Source: Schizochytrium sp. TIO01
Taxonomy: Eukaryota; Protista; Bigyra: Labyrinthulomycetes
Reading direction: 5' to 3'
DNA length: 64,000 nucleotides
Assembly (NCBI GenBank): GCA_004764695.1
Contig: SMSO01000035.1
Span: 2,790,001-2,854,000 of the forward strand
The notes under the pieces are model-generated. The model was not told where the DNA came from. It saw only the letters and a list, made by a program, of their open reading frames with translations, and did not search any database. Position 1 is the stretch's first letter. Every line of letters starts with the position of its first letter. The translations under genes and the position numbers were made by a program. Shown here piece by piece: positions 42,301 through 53,600 of this stretch.

Positions 42301-45300
42301 AACGATGACCGCATCTAAAGATAGCTTCGCAAGTCTATGGAGACACAGAGAGAACCAGCAGAGGCAAAAGCAAAAGTTAGGATCTCCAAAATATCTCAAC
42401 AACACAATTTGTGGAATGAATGATCACACGATCCCAAACAAAAAAACGCATGAACTTACCCATATATGCCATCTTGCTCACTCTTCGAGGCACAGAAATC
42501 GGTCTCTGATGAGGAGTAAATATCCTCTCCAGGAGAACACACCCTTTCGAACAATTCTTTAGGGGTTCCACGAAAGCTGTCATAGCTGCGTTTTGTAACG
42601 CATGTGAATACACGAATGAAAGAGAATAAGAGCGTTTGTTAGAAGCACGATTAACGCATCTAAAGACCGCCTCGCAAGTCCATAGAGACATGGAGAGAAC
42701 CATAGATGTAAAGGCTCTGCGAAAGCTAGGCCCAGCAGCAGAGGGAACGGAACTTACTAGATTTGAACAGAAGGACATGCTTTGTGCAGAGACTTCGCGA
42801 CAGCCTTTGCGCCCTCATCGCCAATGTTGTTGTCGTCAAGACTGTGAGTATAAATGAATAAGTTTGTTTTGTTCATTCGTTGTCAGGAAAGACACGTCCG
42901 GTCAGTTGATCCTGTTTTGTTTTATTTTTCCTCACAATAAAAAGCAATCACCTCTTCTTCTTCTTCTGCTGCTGCTGCTGCTGCCTATCAAATTATATTG
43001 ATTTCCTTCTTCTCTTTGTAAAAAAGAAAAGACTTCTTTGCCTTTCTTTGCGTACCCAACTACGTAAACTACTTAGGTAGTGTACCAGCAGTACTACAAA
43101 CACCAAGCACTAAAAAGAAAGAAAGAAAAAGCTTGGTCCTGACTATTACGATAGCTTTCCCTCGTGGATGATTCCACAAACGTACGACAAAGTTTGAAGG
43201 TTCTTGCATCCCTCGAGTGCCTTTGCGACGGCCTTTGCGCCCTCCGAGCCAATGTTGTTGTTGTAAAGACTGTGAGTATAAATGAATAAGTTTGTTTTGT
43301 TCATTCGTTGTCAGGAAAGACAGGTCCAGTCAGTTGGTCTTGTTTTGTTTTGTTTTTCCTCATAATAAAAAGCAATCAGCTCTTCTTCTTCTTCTGCTGC
43401 TGCTGCTGCTGCTGACTATCAAATTATATAGATTTCCTTCTTCTCTTTGTAAAAAAGAAAAGACTTCTTTGCCTTTCTTTGCGTACCCAACTACGTAAAC
43501 TACTTAGGTAGTGTACCAGCAGTACTACAAACACCAAGCACTCAAAAGAAAGAAAAAAGCTTGGTCCTGACTATTACGATAGCTTTCCCTCGTGGATGAT
43601 TCCACAAACGTACTTCAGAAAAGTAAGGTTCTTGCATCCCTCGAGTGCCTTTGCGACGGCCTTTGCGCCCTCTGAGCCAATGTTGTTGTTACGAAGACTG
43701 TGAGTATAAATGAATAAGTTTGTTTTGTTCATTCGTTGTCAGGAAAGACAGGTCCAGTCAGTTGATCCTGTTTTGTTTTGTTTTCCCTCACAATAAAAAG
43801 CAATCAGCTCTTCTTCTGCTGCTGCTGCTGCCTAGTATCAAATTATATAGATTTCCTTCTTCTCTTTGTAAAAAAGAAAAGACTTCTTTGCCTTTCTTTG
43901 CGTACCCAACTACGTAAACTACTTAGGTAGTGTACCAGCAGTACTACAAACACCAAGCACTAAAAAGAAAGAAAGAAAAAGCTTGGTCCTGACTATTACG
44001 ATAGCTTTCCCTCGTGGATGATTCCACAAACGTACTGTAAAATTTGAAGGTTCTTGCATCCCTCGAGTGCCGTTGCGACGGCCTTTGCGCCCTCCGAGCC
44101 AATGTCGTTGTTATTAAGACTGTGGGTATAAATGAATAAGTTTGTTTTGTTCATTCATTGTCAAGAAAGACAGGTCCAGTCAGTTGATCCTGTTTTGTTT
44201 TGTTTTTCCTCACAATAAAAAGCAATCACCTCTTCTTCTTCTGCTGCTGCTGCTGCCTATCAAATTATATAGATTTCCTTCTTCTCTTTGTAAAAAAGAA
44301 AAGACTTCTTTGCCTTTCTTTGCGTACCCAACTACGTAAACTACTTAGGTAGTGTACCAGCAGTACTACAAACACCAAGCACTAAAAAGAAAGAAAGAAA
44401 AAGCTTGGTCCTGACTATTACGATAGCTTTCCCTCGTGGATGATTCCACAAACGTACTCTAAAGTTTGAAGGTTCTTGCATCCCTCGAGTGCCTTTGCGA
44501 CGGCCTTTGCGCCCTCTGAGCCAATGTTGTTCTCCTGAAGACTGTGAGTATAAATGAATAAGTTTGTTTTGTTCATTCGTTGTCAGGAAAGACAGGTCCA
44601 GTCAGTTGATCCTGTTTTGTTTTGTTTTTCCTCACAATAAAAAGCAATCAGCTCTTCTTCTTCTTCTGCTGCTGCTGCTGCTGCTGCCTATCAAATTATA
44701 TAGATTTCCTTCTTCTCTTTGTAAAAAAGAAAAGACTTCTTTGCCTTTCTTTGCGTACCCAACTACGTAAACTACTTAGGTAGTGTACCAGCAGTACTAC
44801 AAACACCAAGCACTAAAAAGAAAGAAAGAAAAAGCTTGGTCCTGACTATTACGATAGCTTTCCCTCGTGGATGATTCCACAAACGTACTTTAAAGTTTGA
44901 AGGTTCTTGCATCCCTCGAGTGCCTTTGCGACGGCCTTTGCGCCCTCATCGCCAATGTTGTTTTGATAAAGACTGTGAGTATAAATGAATAAGTTTGTTT
45001 TGTTCATTCGTTGTCAGGAAAGACAGGTCCAGTCAGTTGATCCTGTTTTGTTTTGTTTTTCCTCACAATAAAAAGCAATCAGCTCTTCTTCTGCTGCTGC
45101 TGCTGCCTATCAAATGATATAGATTTCCTTTTGCCCTTCCTTCTTCTCGTTCTAGAAAAAAGAAGAAAAGAGTTCTTTGCCTTTCTAAAGTACCCAGTCT
45201 ACGTAAACTACGTAGGTAGTGTACCAGCAGTGCTTTCGTTTTGATTCCTTTCCCCTACTACAAACACCAACCACTCATAAGAAAGAAAGAAAAAGGTTGG

Positions 45301-45679
45301 TCCTGCATATTACGATAGCTTTCCCTCGTGGATGATTTCACAAACGTACTCTAAAGTTTGAAGGTTCTTGCATCCCTCGAGTGCCTTTGCGACAGCCTTT
45401 GCGACAGCCTTTGCGCCCTCATCGCCAATGTTGTGCCCACCAAGACTGTGTTTGTTTGTTTGTTTGTTTGTGAACAAGTGAGAGTAAGTATATGCCATTT
45501 CCAACTTGTTCATTAGTGCCACTACTAGTTCAAAACTATTCTTCTTCTACAAAGCTGACTGCTGCAACACATCGACGACGCGATGCCTCCTTCTTCTTTC
45601 TCCTCCTTTCTCCATCGTGCACTTACTATATCTCCGTCGTATCTCCTTTGATGTCCTTAATTCTACGTGCCGTAGTCAT
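39323..45679 (-). CDS. Gene B: spliced LRR(7)-coiled coil-Ser/Thr kinase-RING/RING2 (RBR-like E3) protein, about 1179 aa
   Basis: Predicted exons on the minus strand: 45679-45627 (MTTARRIKDIKGDTTEI); LRR exons 45445-45350 (96 nt), 44972-44889, 44541-44458, 44119-44036, 43697-43614, 43269-43186, 42841-42758 (84 nt each); linker exons 42585-42460 and 42241-42170; last exon 42011-39323. All introns are GT...CAG and phase 2, and the join is stop-free (3540 nt). Kinase motifs VLKQF, LMPFYEQGDL, HCDIKPENIFL, GDFDG, TPRYVAPE, DMYSVG. RING-like CLVC...C...LCRDC...CMKPEC. RING2-like CPNCKAYVHDFAGCCAVKCGTDTCGHHFCAWCL. Confidence 0.88.
42758..45445 (-). repeat. Tandem ~422-431-bp exon+intron array B (7 LRR units); intron family unrelated to arrays A and C
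   Basis: Repeated exon core NNIG(S/D)EGAKAVAKALEGCKNLQTL, donors GTACGT, acceptors TACTCACAG. Unit length varies mainly through short microsatellite tracts such as (CTT)n(CTG)n. Confidence 0.95.
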
Positions 45680-45776
45680 CGTGTTGCAGCAGTGAGTGTC
45701 ACCTTTGATGGATGGATTGATCAATAGCGTTGATTGACTTTGCTTGTCTTTGTCTTCGCTTTGCTTTGGCGCTCGA

Positions 45777-45817
45777 AAGAGAGAGAGAGAAAGAGAGAGA
45801 GAGAAAGAGAGAGAGAG
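45777..45817. repeat. (GA)n microsatellite just upstream of the gene B start
   Basis: aagagagagagagaaagagagagagagaaagagagagagag. Confidence 0.9.
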
Positions 45818-46935
45818 TAGTTTGAGTCTTTGCTCGCGCTGCTGATCAGGAACGGAGACTCCTGCTCTGTCTTCTTCTCCTTCTTCTTCTTCGCAGCAAG
45901 GAAGGAGGAACGGGCGGACTCCTCGCGATGCCTCGCAAGTGCTTCTGCAGACCAAGCCTCGCCCACGAGTAACGAACGCGTGGAGGGGTGTGACGCGCGA
46001 GAGGTCGCGGGGGCGTGGATATCGTGCGTGCGCGCTGCCTCGTGTTGCGGGTTTGCGAGGATGGCTGGCTTTGGCGAGAGTAGTAGGTTGCTGGGTATGA
46101 TAGATGGTTGTATACGTAGGTTAAGCGCTGCTAGTGTTTTCGAAGGTCCGTTGAGTCAATTTTTTCCTGAGAGCGCAAGGTGTGAAAATGGATTCTGCTC
46201 TTGAAGAAAGACGAGGAGGCGTTGTGCTTCTATCAAGTCACACACAATGCAGAACGTGGTAGGAAGGTCCTCCCTATCCATTTGTGATCGTGTATGGGTG
46301 CTATTGTTTTGGTTTGATAATATATAGCATTGAGTAGGGTTTTGTTGAGCAGAAGGAGGTCGAGTTTCGATTGTCATGGCGTTTGTGTAACGAGTAGTAG
46401 GCAAGAAGAGGTCCTTGTTATCGGGGTCAATTTGACAAAAGAGCCAAAACTTGCAGTCTTTTCGTTGGTTTTGGTGAGGTCTTAAAGCGACGAAAACTCG
46501 TAACTGAGTCATACAAGAAATAAATTGCGGGTAGTTTCAGATAGTAATAGGTTTGTGATGCGATCTATGATAGATTATCTTTGAGATCGGGAAAAGCTTG
46601 GGAGAGAATGGAGAGCAACTCGACAATTTTCGGATTTCAAAGATGTGTTGAGTTGCTTCACGGCTTCAACATGAAAAAAGCAGAGAATTGCTTTCAACGA
46701 TCAGAGCTACTGGCGGCTGCGACCAAAGGTGTGCCAGAAAGAAGGAAAGGAAAGTTTCAAAAGAGGAGAATCTTTGACCGAGAGTAGATGCCTGATTGCC
46801 TTTCTTGCATTGCTTTTAATCCTCTTCGGGCAGGTTTTATTTCATAAAATTAATCTTTGATGTGTATTATATTGTGATATCAACCGTGGAGTTGCTTTCT
46901 TGTAGTGATAATAAAAAAAAATAAAGGGGTAAAAA

Positions 46936-47053
46936 ACATTCAACACCGGGGCTTCGCATGCAGTCCCCTATCATACTACTGACCCGGCCCTACGCGACTT
47001 TACTTCTCAGTGCGAATGAGATGAGGTGTTACCCGCGTGGTATGATCGAATGT
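46936..47053 (-). rRNA. 5S rRNA (copy 3)
   Basis: Same 118-nt sequence as the other two copies. Confidence 0.93.
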
Positions 47054-47518
47054 GCTGAAGAGAGGGTGTATGATGGATTTAAAGGTATCATTAATTTGAT
47101 AGTCACTTACTTACTTTTTTGACGACTTAGGTGCAAGGTAGGTAGTATTAGGAGAGAGTGGAACCTCTGCAGCAAGCATCCCTGCAAAACATATTCTAGG
47201 AGTAGGCTTTAGGAAATAGGAATAGTCTTGAAAGAGCGAGAAAGAAAGGAGGTCAGCACATGCAGAACCCGAGGCTGAGTAGGCAAGGTTAGGTTCGTAA
47301 TAGTAAAATATCCTTTCACTTCGAGAGCACTAAAAAACATCTCCTTCTTAGGGGAAACCATAGTAACTCAGTAAGTGCACAACTCTGTCATCGACTTGCA
47401 GCTTTACGTCCAGCAGGTTCGAAACCTTCTGCAACGACTGGGACTGTGCCACGAGCTTAGCTGAAAAGGCACACGCACGCGCTCGCTGGTAAAGGTATAG
47501 ATCGTTACTTGCTGCGCG

Positions 47519-47602
47519 ATGTCAGATCACCCAGGTGTTGTCACTGCCCTTGAAAAGCTTCAGAATGGCGCTACAACTTTAGAGTAAGTTCACATCGTAC
47601 TA

Positions 47603-47678
<76 letters not shown>

Positions 47679-50600
47679 ATTCAAAGAGGAAAATGAAAAC
47701 ACAACAAAGATGAAATCCTGAAAGCCAACTTAGATCACTCACGTCTATGCATGCATGCCATTATTGAATCAACTCGACAGTCTTTCTGAAAATAATATCG
47801 GCGACGAGGGCGCCAAGGCAGTGGCTGCGGCGCTGAAAGAGAACCGGTCGCTGACATCACTTGAGTAAGTTGTCTACGCAACACCGCAACTCGTGGACTA
47901 GTTTGTGCATGATGCTTGCTTTGTTGGTGTGTTGTTTTAGTCGGTGTTGTTTTGCAAGTTTATGCAATCGCTTGTTTGTTTGATGGACGGATGAATTGTC
48001 TGTTTGACTGAGTATGCATCCATCGCACAAAGAGCAAAATGACAACACAACAAAGATGAAATTCTGAAAGCCAACCTAGATCACTCACGTTCATGCATGC
48101 ATGAGTGCATCTAATGCAATGTAATGTATTGCTTGCCACCATTCAATCAAATCGACAGTCTTTCTGCGAACAAAATCGGCGACGAGGGCGCCAAGGCAGT
48201 GGCTGCGGCGCTGAAAGAGAACCGGTCGCTGACATCACTCAAGTAAGTTATCTACGCAACACCGCAGCTAGTAGACTTGTTCATACATGACGCTTGCTTT
48301 GCTGTTTGGTGGATGGCTTTGCACGGTGGGCTTTGCACGGTGTCACTTTGCAAGTTCATGCAACCTCTTGTTTGCTTGTTTGATGGACGGATGAATTGTC
48401 TGTTTGACTGAGTATGCATCCATCGCACAAAGAGCAAAATAACAACACAACAAAGATGAAATTCTGAAAGCCAACCTAGATCACTCACGTTCATGCATGC
48501 ATGAGTGCATCTAATGCAATGTAATGTATTGCTTGCCACCATTCAATCAAATCGACAGTCTTTGTGCGAACAAAATCGGCGACGAGGGCGCCAAGGCAGT
48601 GGCTGCGGCGCTGAAAGAGAACCGGTCGCTGACATCACTCAAGTAAGTTGTCTACGCAACACCGCAGCTCATGGACTTGTTTGTACATGATGCTTGCTTT
48701 GTTGGTGTATTGTTTTAGTCGGTGTTGCTTTGCAAGTTTATGCAATCGCTTGTTTGTTTGATGGACGGATGAATTGTCTGTTTGACTGAGTATGCATCCA
48801 TCGCACAAAGAGCAAAATGACAACACAACAAAGATGAAATTCTGAAAGCCAACCTAGATCACTCACGTTCATGCATGCATGAGTGCATCTAATGCAATGT
48901 AATGTATTGCTTACCATCATTCAATCAACTCGACAGTCTTTATCGGAATGATATCGACGACGAGGGCGCCAAGGCAGTGGCTGCGGCGCTGAAAGAGAAC
49001 CGGTCGCTGACATCACTGTAGTAAGTTGTCTACGCAACACCGCAGCTGATGGACTTGTTTGTCATGATGTTTGCTTTGTTGTTTGGTGGGTGGCTTTGCA
49101 CGGTGGGCTTTGCACGGTGTCACTTTGCAAGTTCATGCAACCTCTTGTTTGCTTGTTTGGTGGATGAATACGTGGCCTGTTTGACTGAGTATGCACCCAT
49201 CGAACAAACGAGCAAAATGACAACACAACAAAGATGAAATTCTGAAAGCCAACCTAGATCACTCACGTTCATGCATGCATTTAATGCAATGTAATGTACT
49301 CCTTGCCATCATTCAATGAAATGAACAGTCTTTATGGCACCCAAATCGGCGACGAGGGCGCCAAGGCAGTGGCTGCGGCGCTGAAAGAGAATCCGTCGCT
49401 GGAGTCACTATAGTAAGTTGTCTACGCAACACCGCAGCTTATGGACTTGTTTGTACATGATGCTTGCTTTGCTGTTTGGTGGATGGCTTTGCACGGTGGG
49501 CTTTGCACGGTGTCACTTTGCAAGTTCATGCAACCTCTTGTTTGCTTGTTTGATGGATGAATACGTGGCTTGTTTGACTGAGTCTGCACCCATCGAACAA
49601 ACGAGCAAAATGACAACACAACAAAGATGAAATCCTGAAAGCCAACCTAGATCACTCACGTTCATGCATGCATTTAATGTAATGTAATGTACTCCTTGCC
49701 ATCATTCAATGAAATGAACAGTCTTTATGGCACCCAAATCGGCGACGAGGGCGCCAAGGCAGTGGCTGCGGCGCTGAAAGAGAATCGGTCGCTGGAGTCA
49801 CTATAGTAAGTTGTCTACGCAACACCGCAGCTCATGGACTTGTTTGTACATGATGCTTGCTTTGCTGTTTGGTGGATGGCTTTGCACGGTGGGCTTTGCA
49901 CGGTGCCACTTTGCAAGTTCATGCAACCTCTTGTTTGCTTGTTTGGTGGATGAATACGTGGCTTGTTTGACTGAGTCTGCACCCATCGAACAAACGAGCA
50001 AAATGACAACACAACAAAGATGAAATTCTGAAAGCCAACCTAGATCACTCACGTCCATGCATGCATGCATCTGATGCACTGTATTGTACTGCTTGCCATC
50101 ATTCAATCAAATCGACAGTCTTTATAGCAACTATATCGGCTCAGAGGGCGCCAAGGCAGTGGGTGCGGCGCTGAAAGAGAACCGGTCGCTGACATCACTT
50201 GAGTAAGTTGTCTACGCAACACCGCAGCTCATGGACTTGTTTGTACGTGATGCTTGCTTTGCTGTTTGGTGGATGGCTTTGCACGGTGGGCTTTGCACGG
50301 TGTCACTTTGCAAGTTCATGCAACCTCTTGTTTGCTTGTTTGGTGGATGAATACGTGGCTTGTTTGACTGAGTCTGCACCCATCGAACAAACGAGCAAAA
50401 TGACAACACAACAAAGATGAAATTCTGAAAGCCAACCTAGATCACTCACGTCCATGCATGCATGCATCTGATGCACTGTATTGTACTGCTTGCCATCATT
50501 CAATCAAATCGACAGTCTTTATAGCAACTATATCGGCTCAGAGGGCGCCAAGGCAGTGGGTGCGGCGCTGAAAGAGAACCGGTCGCTGACATCACTTGAG

Positions 50601-53600
50601 TAAGTTGTCTACGCAACACCGCAGCTCATGGACTTGTTTGTACATGATGCTTGCTTTGTTGGTGTATTGTTTTGATCGGTGTTGTTTTGCAAGTTTATGC
50701 AATCGCTTGTTTGTTTGATGGAAGGGTAAGTTGTCTGTTTGACTGAGTATGCATCCATCAAACAAAGAGCAAAATGACAAAAAAAATAGTTGGAATCCTG
50801 AAATCCAACCTAGATCACTCACGTCCATGCATGCATGCGTGTATCTAATGCAATGTAATGTGTAATGTATTGCTTGCCATCATTCAATCAAATCGACAGT
50901 CTTTCGGGCAACCAGATCGGCTTAGAGGGCGCTAAGGCAGTGGCTGCGGCATTGAAAGAGAATCGGTCGCTGGAGTCACTTGCGTAAGTTGTCTTAGCAA
51001 CACCACAGCTCATGGACTTGTTTGTACATGATGCTTGCTTTTGTTGGTGTATTGTTTTGATCGATGTTGTTTTGCAAGTTTATGCAATCGCTTGTTTGTT
51101 TGATGGATGGATAAGTTGTCTGTTTGACTGAGTATGCATCCCTCGAACCATGAGTAAAACGATATCACAACAAAGATGAAATCCTGAAAGCAAACCTAGA
51201 TCACTCACGTCCATGCATGCATGCGTGCATATAATGCAATGAAATGTATTGCTTGCCATCATTCAATCAAATCTACAGTCTTCGAGGGAACAAAATCGGC
51301 TCAGAGGGCGCCAAGGCAATGGCTGCAGCGTTGAAAGAGAATCGGTCGCTGACATTACTTGAGTAAGTTGTCTTAGCAACAGCGCAGCTCATGGACTTGT
51401 TTGTACACGATGCTTTCTTTGTTGGTGTGTTGTTTTGGTCAGTAGCTCACTCACTTCCATGCATGCATGCGTGCATCCAATGCAATGTAATGTATTGCTT
51501 GCCATCATTCAATCAAATCGGCAGTCTTTGGATCAACGATATCGGCTCAGAGGGTGCCAAGGCAGTGGCTGCAGCGTTGAAAGAGAACCGGTCGCTGACA
51601 TCACTTCAGTAAGTTGTCTTAGCAGCAGCGCCGCTCATGGACTTGTTTGTACATGATGCTTGCTTTGTTGGTGTATTGTTTTGATCGATGTTGTTTTGCA
51701 AGTTTATCCAATCGCTTGTTTGTTTGATGGACGGAGAAGTTGTCTGTTTGACTGAGTATGCATCCATCAAACAAAGAGCAAAGTGACAAAAAAAAATAGT
51801 TGGAATCCTGAAATCCAACCTAGATCACTCACGTCTACTGATGGATCCAATGCAATGTAATGTACTGCTTGCCATCATTCAATCAAATCGACAGTCTTTC
51901 GGGCAATGAAATCTGCGAGGAGGGCGCCAAGGCAGTGGGTGCGGCTTTGAAAGAGAACTGGTCGCTGACATCACTCAAGTAAGTTGTCTTAGCAACAGCG
52001 CGGCTCATTGACTTGTTTGTACATAATTCTCGCTTCATTGGTGTATTGTTTTGATCGACGTTGTATTGCAAGTTTATGTAATCGTTTGTTTGTTTGATGG
52101 AAAAGGTAGTTGTCTGTTTGACTGAGTATCCATCCATCGAACGTACAGCAAAATGACAACACAACAAAGATGAAATCCTGAAAGCCAACCTAGATCACTC
52201 ACGTCCATGCATTCATGCGTGCATCTATTGTTATATGTAACGTGTAATGTATTGCTTGTCATCATTCAATCAAATCGACAGTCTTTATATCAACAATATC
52301 GGCTCAGAGGGCGCCAAGGCAGTGGCTGCGGCGCTGAAAGAGAACCGGTCGCTGACATCACTTGAGTAAGTTGTCTACGCAACACCGCAGCTCGTGGACT
52401 TGTTTGTACATGATGCTTGGTTTGTTGTTTAGTGGGTGGGTCGGTGTTGTTTCGCAAGTTAATGCAATCGCTTGTTTGTTTGATGGAAGGATAAAGTGTC
52501 TGTTTGACTGAGTATGCATCCATCAAACGAAGAGCAAAATGACAAAAAAATTAGTTGAAATCCTGAAATCCAACCTAGATCACTCACGTCCATGCATGCA
52601 TGCATCTAATGCACTGTATTGTACTGCTTGCCATCATTCAATCAAATCGACAGTCTTTGTAGGAACAAAATCGGCTCAGAGGGCGCCAAGGCAGTGGGTG
52701 CGGCGCTGAAAGAGAACCGGTCGCTGACATCACTCACGTAAGTTGTGTACGCAACACCGCAGCTCATGGACTTGTTTGTACATGATGCTTGCTTTGTTGG
52801 TGTATTGTTTTGATCGATGTTGTTTTGCAAGTTTATCCAATCGCTTGTTTGTTTGATGGACGGAGAAGTTGTCTGTTTGACTGAGTATGCATCCATCAAA
52901 CAAAGAGCAAAGTGACAAAAAAAAATAGTTGGAATCCTGAAATCCAACCTAGATCACTCACGTCTACTGATGGATCCAATGCAATGTAATGTACTGCTTG
53001 CCATCATTCAATCAAATCGACAGTCTTTCGGGCAATGAAATCTGCGAGGAGGGCGCCAAGGCAGTGGGTGCGGCTTTGAAAGAGAACTGGTCGCTGACAT
53101 CACTCAAGTAAGTTGTCTTAGCAACAGCGCGGCTCATTGACTTGTTTGTACATAATTCTCGCTTCATTGGTGTATTGTTTTGATCGACGTTGTATTGCAA
53201 GTTTATGTAATCGTTTGTTTGTTTGATGGAAAAGGTAGTTGTCTGTTTGACTGAGTATCCATCCATCGAACGTACAGCAAAATGACAACACAACAAAGAT
53301 GAAATCCTGAAAGCCAACCTAGATCACTCACGTCCATGCATTCATGCGTGCATCTATTGTTATATGTAACGTGTAATGTATTGCTTGTCATCATTCAATC
53401 AAATCGACAGTCTTTCTAACAACGATATCGGCTCAGAGGGCGCCAAGGCAGTGGCTGCGGCGCTGAAAGAGAACCGGTCGCTGACATCACTTGAGTAAGT
53501 TGTCTACGCAACACCGCAGCTCGTGGACTTGTTTGTACATGATGCTTGGTTTGTTGTTTAGTGGGTGGGTCGGTGTTGTTTTGCAAGTTTATGCAATCGC

